64,000 nucleotides of DNA. Origin: an uncultured Clostridia bacterium. GTDB taxonomy: Bacteria; Bacillota; Clostridia; Christensenellales; UBA1242. The stretch lies in the NCBI GenBank assembly GCA_934746715.1, contig CAKVFI010000001.1, positions 135,653 through 199,652 on the forward strand, in the 5' to 3' direction. The notes beneath the pieces were generated by a model, which worked only from the letters and a program-made list of their open reading frames with translations, made no database searches and was not told where the DNA came from. How positions within the stretch are numbered: position 1 is the stretch's first letter; each line of letters opens with the position of its first letter. Positions 37,765 through 46,047 of this stretch are shown here, one piece after another. The translations under genes were made by a program, and so were the position numbers.

Positions 37765-37793
37765 ATTATAACAAACCAGCACAAAATTGTCAA
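37765..37793 (-). promoter_or_regulatory. Consensus sigma-A promoter of the rplU operon
   Basis: On the minus strand: TTGACA (37793-37788), 17 nt, TATAAT (37770-37765), with TG at the extended -10 position. Confidence 0.75.
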
Positions 37794-37973
37794 CAGTTAA
37801 AAAAGAATAATTTAAAAATGTTCAAATAGAAAAATGATTATTTGAAACATAAACCCAATGTAAACATGTTAAAACTATAAGCAATTTTTATTATTAAGTT
37901 TAAAACTCAAAGATAATTCTTTTTGTGCAATAAGCAAATAATAATTTTGTTAAAACTGATTTTATATATAGAC

Positions 37974-38804
37974 TTAATCAACTTTGCTGATTGTGGTGGT
38001 TAGTGGAAATTTGAGAGAAAGTGAAACGATGCTGTCCTCATCAAAATATTTGTTGCGTGTTTCTGCGCAATAAAAGATTGTGTAATGGTGGTTGCTGATA
38101 TGTTTTAACAAATCAAATAATGTTTCGTTAGCGTCAACTTTTAACATTTCAATCTTTTCATATTTACTGCTGCGTTTGGTTTTGAACAGGCTGAAATTTG
38201 GTTTTGTCTTTGGCTTTGAAATTGCAAAAAAAAGTGCAAACAGCAAATAAAACCAATTAATGTTTTCCATCACATTTTGAGTTAAGCTTTGGCCAATTGC
38301 ATTGATAATTGAACATATGAACAAACTTGCAAACAAAATTGTAAACGCCACGCGCACAAACATATCTGCAACTTTATAAGACTTGTTTGTTTTGAAAATG
38401 CTTTTAAATATCTTGCCACCATCAAGCGGATAAACTGGCAAAAGGTTGAAAAACGAAAGCACCAAATTGCAAGTGCAAAAATTGTTAAGCAGTTTGTTGG
38501 ATTGTGGAAAAATTGTGTAACACGCCAAACAAAGCACGCACAAAATCAAATTGAACATTGGCCCAGCCAAGTTGATTGCAAAAGCGTCCTTGTTGTCTAT
38601 TTCAGCATCAAGTTCAACAGCCAATCCAAACATGGAAAGATGAACATATTTAACTTTATATCCACGCTTGATTGCAACAAACACATGCGCCAGTTCGTGC
38701 AAAATTAAAGCAAGCAGATAATTGACAAGCAGCAAAAATTTTTGGCAAAAAATACAAATGCCAAAAAGCAAAAATATGCTTGCTCCAATCTTAAATTTTT
38801 TCAT
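37974..38804 (-). CDS. M50 family site-2 metalloprotease, SpoIVFB-like
   Basis: HELAH zinc motif in a TM helix and NLLPVYPLDGG. Lies upstream of rplU, as spoIVFB does in Bacillus. Confidence 0.75.
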   Translation of the reverse strand: MKKFKIGASIFLLFGICIFCQKFLLLVNYLLALILHELAHVFVAIKRGYKVKYVHLSMFGLAVELDAEIDNKDAFAINLAGPMFNLILCVLCLACYTIFPQSNKLLNNFCTCNLVLSFFNLLPVYPLDGGKIFKSIFKTNKSYKVADMFVRVAFTILFASLFICSIINAIGQSLTQNVMENINWFYLLFALFFAISKPKTKPNFSLFKTKRSSKYEKIEMLKVDANETLFDLLKHISNHHYTIFYCAETRNKYFDEDSIVSLSLKFPLTTTISKVD

Positions 38805-38840
38805 ATAGTATAATATTTAAAAAGCAAAAAATTTAGCACT

Positions 38841-39095
38841 TTAATTTGGCAATGTTTTAATCAATTTAATTCTATCTCCCACACACAAAATTGAAATTTC
38901 ATAATCGGTTTTTGTTGCTGTTATATCAACTTTTATATCGTCAAAATTCACTTCAAAATAGTTGCTGATAAGATAAAAAAAATCCGATTTCAAAATTTCG
39001 TTTAAATATTTGGGGCTGTTTTGTTTGTCCTTTTCAATCATTGCAGATAATCGATTTTTTAAATCCATAACTTTCCTTTTTGCAAAAATTAACAA
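38841..39095 (-). CDS. minE: Cell division topological specificity factor MinE (tentative)
   Basis: Downstream of minD. N-terminus LIFAKRK-VMDLKNRLSAMIEKDK parallels the MinE membrane-targeting helix plus AKERLQ segment. The start is a TTG; an alternative ATG at 39068 has SD AAGGAAAG. Confidence 0.55.
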   Translation of the reverse strand: MLIFAKRKVMDLKNRLSAMIEKDKQNSPKYLNEILKSDFFYLISNYFEVNFDDIKVDITATKTDYEISILCVGDRIKLIKTLPN

Positions 39096-39177
39096 AAATT
39101 TAATAAAATATTTAAAAATTAATCATAATTTTTGTTGTTTTTATGTAATTTTTCAAATTTTTAATTTATTTTTTATT

Positions 39178-39969
39178 TCAACAACTACGTTTTAACATCT
39201 TTTTTATTTTTCCAAACAATCCACGATATTTGTAAGTGCAATCAAACAACTTATTTTCGCCTGTTAAAACATTTTCTGCCAAAATATCAAAAGCACGATT
39301 ATATGCCAAGCGCCTATCACAAACATTTTCACTGCAACTTGTGATAACCGCATCATCATCTGGAATAACACCACCAAAATCAATACGTAATGATTTGCCA
39401 ATGTCGTAAACATCAAACATAAGTTTGTCTTGAATTAAATCTCCACGAGCACGATTGATAACAAATCTTTTGTTTGTTATGCCATAGCTTGAAAGGATTG
39501 TTACCACCTTATCAGCATCGCGAATACTGCTTAAATGAGGAGTTGTTACAACCAATGCTTCGTCCGCGCAACTAACCGCTCGCTTAAAACCAGCATCAAT
39601 GCCAGCTGGGCAATCAATCAACACAAAATCAAATGATTTTGACAATTCAAAAACAAGCCTTTTAATGTCCGCAAGTTGAATTGACAAATTATGATTTAAA
39701 TCACCAGTTGAAAGCAAATATAAAAGTGGAAAATAGTCATCTTGAACAAGCGCTTCTTTTAATCGGCAGCGACCTTCAAGCACGTCTAAAAAGGTGTAAA
39801 CAACCCTATCTTCCAAATTCATCACAACATCAAGATTGTTAAGTCCAATATCCATATCAATCAAACAAACGCGCAGATTTCTTTTGGCAAGTTGTCTGCC
39901 CAAATTTGCCGTAACAGTTGTTTTGCCGACTCCACCCTTGCCAGATGTCATAACAATAACACGTGCCAT
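39178..39969 (-). CDS. minD: Septum site-determining ATPase MinD
   Basis: Deviant Walker A SGKGGVGKTT, DCPAGI, C-terminal amphipathic tail. SD GGAGGGG. Confidence 0.93.
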   Translation of the reverse strand: MARVIVMTSGKGGVGKTTVTANLGRQLAKRNLRVCLIDMDIGLNNLDVVMNLEDRVVYTFLDVLEGRCRLKEALVQDDYFPLLYLLSTGDLNHNLSIQLADIKRLVFELSKSFDFVLIDCPAGIDAGFKRAVSCADEALVVTTPHLSSIRDADKVVTILSSYGITNKRFVINRARGDLIQDKLMFDVYDIGKSLRIDFGGVIPDDDAVITSCSENVCDRRLAYNRAFDILAENVLTGENKLFDCTYKYRGLFGKIKKMLKRSC

Positions 39970-40215
39970 AATTCCCCTCCTAAATTTTTATCAATTTAAC
40001 ACAAAACAAAAAAAATACAAACGCGAAAAATCGCTTATTTTTGCCTTCGCGTTTTTTCGATAAATATTTGTAAATTATTTGTTTTTTTATTATTTTGATA
40101 AATATTTTATAAATAATAAAAAATTATTTTAAATTATATTTTTACAACAAAAAAATGCCAAAAAATTAATTTTTTTGACATTTTTAATTATTTAATATTA
40201 ATTTTTAATATTTTT

Positions 40216-41211
40216 TTACAATGTAATTTTCAAAAAATCTTTATCGCCCGCCAAAAGTTTGCCAAGCCCCAACACAACCGCGTCAGCAGGTTCGTCTGCA
40301 ACTATGATAGGAAAATCTATTTTGCTTTTTGCATATTCATATAAACCTGCAATTTTGCTGCCGCCGCCAACAAACACAATTGCAGTGTTGTAAACATCAT
40401 TTGCAACTTCTGCTGGCAGTGATTTTAATACATCGTTAATACGCTCAAAAATTGCATCATAAACATTGCTGATTGCCAAGCGAATGTCGTTTGCAGTGAT
40501 TGACGCACGTGCCAAATTGTTGTTTTCTGTTGTGCCAACAAAATCATATGAATACATATCTCTGTTGTAAAGTGAAGCAACTTCGTTTTTTATGCTTTCT
40601 GCCGTTTGTTTGTCAATTTTCAAATCGTAATTGTCGGCAATAAATGTCACAATACTTTTATCCATATCTTCGCCACCCAAAAAGTACATTCTGCCAAAAG
40701 TAAAATCATACTCGTTAAGCACAGAAATATCTGTTACATTTTTGCCAATATCAACAACCATAATATGTTTGTGGGAATCAAAATCTAAACTTGATTGAAT
40801 GCAAACGCTGTTAAAGACAAACTCAACTTTGTTAACACCGCACTCACGCAAAACCTTTTTGATGAGCAAAAGTTGTTGTTCGTTTAATGCGCTAGGCACA
40901 GCCACAAGAGCATAAATGTTTGTTATAAACTTGTTGTCTTCAACAACATTTTCTATTATTTTGCCAAGCAAAAGGCGTGCCATTTTTTCATCAACTATTG
41001 TGCTGTTTTCAATTGGACGATAAACAGCATAGTTTGTTGATTTTGAATTAAACAATTTTTCCGCCTTTTTGCCAATTGCATGCACTTTAAAATTTTTTCC
41101 ATTTGCAGTGACAGCAAGGTACGCAGGTTCTTTTGCAACTATACCGCAACCCTTTTTATAGACAATAATTTCATTGCTACCAAATTTAAGACCCAAATCA
41201 ACCCTAAACAT
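40216..41211 (-). CDS. MreB/Mbl-family actin-like protein with degenerate nucleotide-binding motifs
   Basis: C-terminal VFVGGGSKIAGL...VADEPADAVVLGLGKLL matches MreB. Phosphate-1 reads DLGLKFGS and phosphate-2 reads DIGKNVTD instead of DLGTANT and DIGGGTTE. Confidence 0.65.
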   Translation of the reverse strand: MFRVDLGLKFGSNEIIVYKKGCGIVAKEPAYLAVTANGKNFKVHAIGKKAEKLFNSKSTNYAVYRPIENSTIVDEKMARLLLGKIIENVVEDNKFITNIYALVAVPSALNEQQLLLIKKVLRECGVNKVEFVFNSVCIQSSLDFDSHKHIMVVDIGKNVTDISVLNEYDFTFGRMYFLGGEDMDKSIVTFIADNYDLKIDKQTAESIKNEVASLYNRDMYSYDFVGTTENNNLARASITANDIRLAISNVYDAIFERINDVLKSLPAEVANDVYNTAIVFVGGGSKIAGLYEYAKSKIDFPIIVADEPADAVVLGLGKLLAGDKDFLKITL

Positions 41212-41231
41212 ACAATCCCCCTATTGTAAAT

Positions 41232-42740
41232 TTACAAAATTTGCAAGTTTTTGCCGTACACCTTTTTGAAATCGCCAGCAACTGACATTGCTTGAGAAAT
41301 TTCAAGAGTTGCTTCTCTTTCAACTTCTGTTTTTAAGATAACAGTGTCGCCCAACACATCGCATGCAATATCTTTGACACTGTTTGCACCAGTGATGTTG
41401 AGCATAGATGCCATTTTTATGATGATTGCCAACTTTTTAACTGCATCAAGGTCTTCATCTGTAACCAAATCCTTGTATCTAATCCATTCAGTTAAACTAA
41501 AGTCATCAATATTTTGGCTGCTGGCAACAAACGCTGCAAGCAAAATATCTTTTTGAGAAGCACCATAAATGTTACTGTTTAAAATAACAGCAAAATTGTT
41601 TTTGATGTAATTTTCAAAAGCAATGCGCTTGCCAGACATGCACATACTTGCAGCAATACGCAAAACTTTAACATAAGGACGAGATAACTTGTGCAAAACT
41701 TTGAGTTGTTTGTAAAGGATAATGGCCAAAGAGTAATTGCTGTCCAAATTTGCGCCAGTTGGACAAAACTCATTAATTGCACTCAATGAATAGCCCAAAA
41801 TGTCAAGCAAAGGTTTTTCGCCAGTTTGAGCCAACAAATTTTTTGCAACAATGCCATACATCTCTCCGTTTGTGGAAACATGAATGTCGCCAGTTATAAA
41901 TTCGTTGTGCAAAGCTTTAACAATTGCAACACCAATAGCAACAACATCGGCACGTTTTTCACTGATACCTTTAAGTTTTTTTGCTTTGTCCAAATCCAAA
42001 CCACGAATCAAATTGTAAATACCAGCAAAACTTTCACTTGAAATTTGATAGTTGTGCGCCACATCAAGTGGATATCTTGATGCCTTGCGTGACAACTTGC
42101 CCAAAGACAAGAAGACTTCTCCAACGCCAAAAAATTCACAATCTTCATCAAGGCTATAAAGCCAGTCTAATTTTTTAACTTCTTTTGAAACATATTCAAC
42201 AACCTTGTCCATACGCTCATCAAGTGGGCAATTTTCAAATTTATCCAAAAGTGTTACACACCCAAAAGGAAGTGAAACACTGTTTGCCACAACTCTACGA
42301 TTAAATTTGATAATTTCTGTTGAATAATCTCCAACTTGAATAAGCACACCACGTGACATTGCAAATGAGTACATGATTGCACTGTGCAACGCTGTTGTTT
42401 GCTCTTCTGTTGTCAACACTTTGAAATACAATGAAACAGTTTTGTAAACTTCATCCAAAAAAGCAATTTGATTGCGTGCTGTTGCAATAACAGGATTTGC
42501 ATAACAAATGTGATTTTCAATCTTTGCATTGTCAACTATTTTGCGAAAATTTTTTAAAACCGAAATTGTTTCTTGAATACGTGCGGGTTTAATGTAACCA
42601 TCGCGTTCCATATCTTGAATTAATTTTATAGGTTCAACAATTTGTTGTTCTATTGCAAAAAAACCTGTTTGAGTACATTTGAAGATTGTGAGTTTAATAT
42701 CGTTAACGCCCAATTCAAAAACTGCTAGTTTGTTGTTCAT
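41232..42740 (-). CDS. Ppx/GppA-fold protein (ASKHA superfamily), motifs degenerate
   Basis: The length and layout fit exopolyphosphatase/GppA, but the signatures read FELGVNDIKL and QVGDYSTE instead of DLGSNS and DIGGGSTE. Confidence 0.5.
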   Translation of the reverse strand: MNNKLAVFELGVNDIKLTIFKCTQTGFFAIEQQIVEPIKLIQDMERDGYIKPARIQETISVLKNFRKIVDNAKIENHICYANPVIATARNQIAFLDEVYKTVSLYFKVLTTEEQTTALHSAIMYSFAMSRGVLIQVGDYSTEIIKFNRRVVANSVSLPFGCVTLLDKFENCPLDERMDKVVEYVSKEVKKLDWLYSLDEDCEFFGVGEVFLSLGKLSRKASRYPLDVAHNYQISSESFAGIYNLIRGLDLDKAKKLKGISEKRADVVAIGVAIVKALHNEFITGDIHVSTNGEMYGIVAKNLLAQTGEKPLLDILGYSLSAINEFCPTGANLDSNYSLAIILYKQLKVLHKLSRPYVKVLRIAASMCMSGKRIAFENYIKNNFAVILNSNIYGASQKDILLAAFVASSQNIDDFSLTEWIRYKDLVTDEDLDAVKKLAIIIKMASMLNITGANSVKDIACDVLGDTVILKTEVEREATLEISQAMSVAGDFKKVYGKNLQIL

Positions 42741-43091
42741 ATTTTCTCCTTAACTTGTATTGCTTTTTCAATAATAATTACTAGATTCACATTAAAATTA
42801 TAATTGATTTTTGCTTTTAAAGTTAACAATGTTGTACCACTAATTTAAGTTATAGTCAATAGGTTTTTTAAAAATTTTTAAAACTTTTTTAATGCAAAAA
42901 ATTATCAAAAAAATCACATAAAAAATATATAGTTTTTGCAATTTGTTTTGATTTTTAAAAAATAAATTAAAAACACAAAAAAATACGCTAAAAATCGTAT
43001 TTTTAAGCATTTTTTAAGATTTATTTTTATTTTTTTAATAATTTTTATTAATTTTTGTGGCAAATTAAATTGCATATAATTATTTGCCATA

Positions 43092-43814
43092 TTAAATAAA
43101 TTTTTGAATATCTAATTTAAATGCCTCAAAAATCGAGTTGTTGTAATCTGGCTCAACTTTGAAAACCATGTTTTGTTTTGTGGTTGGATGAACAAATTCC
43201 AACTTGTATGCCCACAATGCAAGGTTGCCTTTGTGAGTTTTGTCGCCATACTTAAAGTCCGCATAAACAGGAGCATTTAATTGCTTGGACATTTGAACAC
43301 GAATCTGGTGGCTTCTGCCTGTAACCAAATTTATTTCCAACAAACTTAATGTTGTATCTTGCCCATTTTCTGTAAACGATTTTGTGCCCAAAACTTGATA
43401 ATTTAATATTGCTTGTTTTGCACCTTCTTCCGTTTTTGGTGCAATTGAAACAGTGTTTGTTTTTTCATCTTTTTTAAGGTATGTTACAAGTTGGTCATTT
43501 GCAATTTGTGGTTTGCCACAAATAACAGTTAAATAAGTTTTTTGCATTTGTTTTGATTTTAATTCTGCACTCAACCTTGCTGCCGCCTTGCTTGTTTTTG
43601 CAAAAACCATAACACCGCCAGTTGGTCTATCCAATCTGTGAACCAAACCTAAAAATACGTTGCCTGGTTTTTTGTCGCGCTCTTTGATAAAATTTTTGAT
43701 GATTGTGAGCATGTCAATATCCTTGCTTTCATCTTCTTGCACGGAAATATTGTGTGGCTTAACCACAACAATAATATGATTGTCTTCGTATAAAATTTTT
43801 GGTTCGATTTGCAT
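43092..43814 (-). CDS. RluA-family pseudouridine synthase
   Basis: Catalytic HRLDRPTGGVMVFAKT, GRSHQIRVQ. Confidence 0.9.
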   Translation of the reverse strand: MQIEPKILYEDNHIIVVVKPHNISVQEDESKDIDMLTIIKNFIKERDKKPGNVFLGLVHRLDRPTGGVMVFAKTSKAAARLSAELKSKQMQKTYLTVICGKPQIANDQLVTYLKKDEKTNTVSIAPKTEEGAKQAILNYQVLGTKSFTENGQDTTLSLLEINLVTGRSHQIRVQMSKQLNAPVYADFKYGDKTHKGNLALWAYKLEFVHPTTKQNMVFKVEPDYNNSIFEAFKLDIQKFI

Positions 43815-43885
43815 TAATTTTCCTTTTGATTTTTTAGTTTTGTTGATTTATGTTTGTAGATTTAATTAACTTTTGGTTAAAGCAA

Positions 43886-44728
43886 TTAAAATGTTTTGAT
43901 TGCGCTGCAACCACAAGGCAACACAACACCAGGTTGTTCGGTTGGCAAACCAACTTCGTAAGCGTCAGTTTTGCCGCCAGCAATTGTTAAGTTTAAAATG
44001 TTTGCCATCACTGTTGGTTGCAAGCCTGTTGTGTAACTGTTGATAAGCACAAAAAGTGGATTTTTAGATAACACTTTGCCACATAAACTAACAAAATCAA
44101 AAATGTTATCTTCAATTTTCCAAGTTTCGCCTTTTGGACCGCGCCCAAATGATGGTGGATCCATTATGATTGCATCGTAAAAGTTGCCCCGCCTAATTTC
44201 ACGCTCAACAAATTTGGCACAATCGTCCATGATGTAACGAATGTTTGTTATATTGTTCAATCTTGCGTTTTCTTTGGCAATTTCAATCATGCTTTTGCTT
44301 GCGTCAACATGCGTTACTTGTGCGCCAGCCAAAGCACATTCAATGCTTGCACCACCAGTGTACGCAAACAAATTAAGCACTTTGATTGGGCGATTTGCTG
44401 TTTTGATTAAATTGGTCATAATATCCCAATTAACCGCTTGCTCTGGAAACAAACATATATGTTTAAAGCTCATTGGCTCGATGTGGAATTTTACACCTTT
44501 GCGCTCAAGCACAAAACTTTTTGGCATTTTAGGGTTGATTTTCCACTCGCCTGACTTATTTTCTGTGCGGGTGTATTGCGCATCAACTTTTTGTTTGATT
44601 GGAGCGTTGTTGTTCCAAATCACTTGTGGGTCTGGGCGCAAAAAAGTAAAACCGCCAATTTGCTCCAATTTCTCGCCTTTTGCGGTTTTTAAAACTTTGT
44701 AATCCTTCCAATCTGTTGCTATTTTCAT
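43886..44728 (-). CDS. Class I SAM-dependent methyltransferase (RlmI/YwbD-like catalytic core, no PUA domain)
   Basis: VLNLFAYTGGASIECALAGA, HVDASKSMI, IMDPPSFGRG. Confidence 0.8.
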   Translation of the reverse strand: MKIATDWKDYKVLKTAKGEKLEQIGGFTFLRPDPQVIWNNNAPIKQKVDAQYTRTENKSGEWKINPKMPKSFVLERKGVKFHIEPMSFKHICLFPEQAVNWDIMTNLIKTANRPIKVLNLFAYTGGASIECALAGAQVTHVDASKSMIEIAKENARLNNITNIRYIMDDCAKFVEREIRRGNFYDAIIMDPPSFGRGPKGETWKIEDNIFDFVSLCGKVLSKNPLFVLINSYTTGLQPTVMANILNLTIAGGKTDAYEVGLPTEQPGVVLPCGCSAIKTF

Positions 44729-44734
44729 ATTTTT

Positions 44735-44763
44735 ATAATATATCTAAAAAGTTAGTTTGTCAA
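44735..44763 (-). promoter_or_regulatory. Promoter abutting the methyltransferase ATG (candidate leaderless start)
   Basis: On the minus strand: TTGACA (44763-44758), 17 nt, TATTAT (44740-44735), 6 nt (AAAAAT), then ATG at 44728. No SD. Confidence 0.55.
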
Positions 44764-44773
44764 TTAGGCAATC

Positions 44774-45493
44774 TTAATAAACATCAAGGATTTTTTTCAT
44801 GTCAATGATGTCTGCTTGTGTGATGATGCAATGTGGACGGCTTGTGTCCTTACCCTCTTTGGTGATGATAATAATGAGCAATTTGCGGTTATTTTCAAAA
44901 TAATTCATTGCTGCATCAATGGTAAGTTTGTCATCTGCCAAAATGTAGTAATAATCTTCACCCATTTGTGCAATAATTTCTGACACTGTTGTGTTGTCGA
45001 TATATTCTTGCAAATTAACACCTTCACCAACTTTTGCCCCCAACACACCAAGCAATTTGCGGGCATTAAGCACACCAATCAATTTATTTCCATTGTAAAC
45101 AGGCAAATTTGAATACCCTGTGCGTGAAATAATTTCCATTGACTCTGCAATTTTCATCTCTTGCTCAATAACAATAACATCTTTGTTGCCAACGCGGTCA
45201 ATTGCACGTGGTGGCTCGGCAATAATTTCTGAAAGTTTTTCAATCTTTTCCACAATGTCATCATGTGGCTCGGCAATGATAAATTTGTTGTTGCCAGTGT
45301 GCACAATTGCGTTGCGAAGTCTGCCAAAATCAATCAAATCTTCTTCGTATTTACGCACTACAGAGTTTAACAAAACTGCACGGCGCACAACATCACTGAA
45401 AGACATGCTGCGTTTAAAATCGTAAATTGCACGCAAATTGTAGTCAATTTGATTGTAGGCGGTTATAAAACGCTCTGCATTGGATTTTTTCAT
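44774..45493 (-). CDS. Protein with HEPN-like (Rx4H) N-terminal domain and C-terminal CBS pair
   Basis: N-terminal helical region ending in FGRLRNAIVH. The C-terminal half has two CBS-like units (SNLPVYNGNKLIGVLNARKLL; LLIIIITKEG...CIITQADIIDM). SD GGGAGA. Confidence 0.55.
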   Translation of the reverse strand: MKKSNAERFITAYNQIDYNLRAIYDFKRSMSFSDVVRRAVLLNSVVRKYEEDLIDFGRLRNAIVHTGNNKFIIAEPHDDIVEKIEKLSEIIAEPPRAIDRVGNKDVIVIEQEMKIAESMEIISRTGYSNLPVYNGNKLIGVLNARKLLGVLGAKVGEGVNLQEYIDNTTVSEIIAQMGEDYYYILADDKLTIDAAMNYFENNRKLLIIIITKEGKDTSRPHCIITQADIIDMKKILDVY

Positions 45494-45701
45494 ACTTTCT
45501 CCCTTAAATTGAAGTAATTTGTTTATATATTAAAATTTGTTAAAACTTAATTTTAATTTTATTATGTTTAATTATACCATATTGTCAAAAACAATTCAAA
45601 CAATTGGCTGCAAAATTGTTGCATTTTGCCCTTTCAAACTTTGATTTTTGTTGAAAATTTTAAAATTTTGTGGAAATTAATAGCAAAATTTAAAAAATGT
45701 G

Positions 45702-45730
45702 TTGAGTTTTTGTGTGCTTTTGTGTATAAT
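45702..45730 (+). promoter_or_regulatory. Candidate promoter of SRP RNA
   Basis: TTGAGT (45702-45707), 17 nt, TATAAT (45725-45730), about 7 nt before the RNA 5-prime end. Confidence 0.55.
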
Positions 45731-45736
45731 AACAAT

Positions 45737-46010
45737 GAGTTGTACTAGGCGGGGAGCTAGTGGTGCCCTGTAACCTGCAATCCACTACAGCAGGGCTGAT
45801 GTGCATTATGCGGGGCAAACTTGGCTGTGTTGAGTAGGCTTTGTGTATGTTGAAATTAAGGTCTTATACAATATTGCCCCTCGAACCATGTCAGGGCCGG
45901 AAGGCAGCAGCATTAAGAAGGATACAGTATGTGCTGTAAGGTTGCTTTGATGGAGTGCAAAAAGTTTATGCCAGCAGTTAATTTGTTTCAAGAATGCATG
46001 TGCAACTTAC
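45737..46010 (+). ncRNA. ffs: Signal recognition particle RNA, large Bacillus type with Alu domain
   Basis: CTAGGCGGGGAGCTAGTGGTGCCCTGTAACCTGCAATCCACTACAGCAGGG parallels the B. subtilis scRNA 5-prime domain. Domain IV core CCATGTCAGGGCCGGAAGGCAGCAGCATTAAG. The 5-prime GAGTTGTAC pairs with the 3-prime GTGCAACTT. Ends are approximate. Confidence 0.9.
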
Positions 46011-46014
46011 CATC

Positions 46015-46047
46015 AAAAAAGTTCGTATCATCTACGAACTTTTTTTT
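46015..46047. terminator. Bidirectional terminator shared by SRP RNA and the PFOR gene
   Basis: A-run, AGTTCGTA-tcatc-TACGAACT, T-run. Confidence 0.75.

Noticed and set aside
45806-45991. 61-aa minus-strand ORF.
   Set aside because: It lies entirely within the SRP RNA gene.
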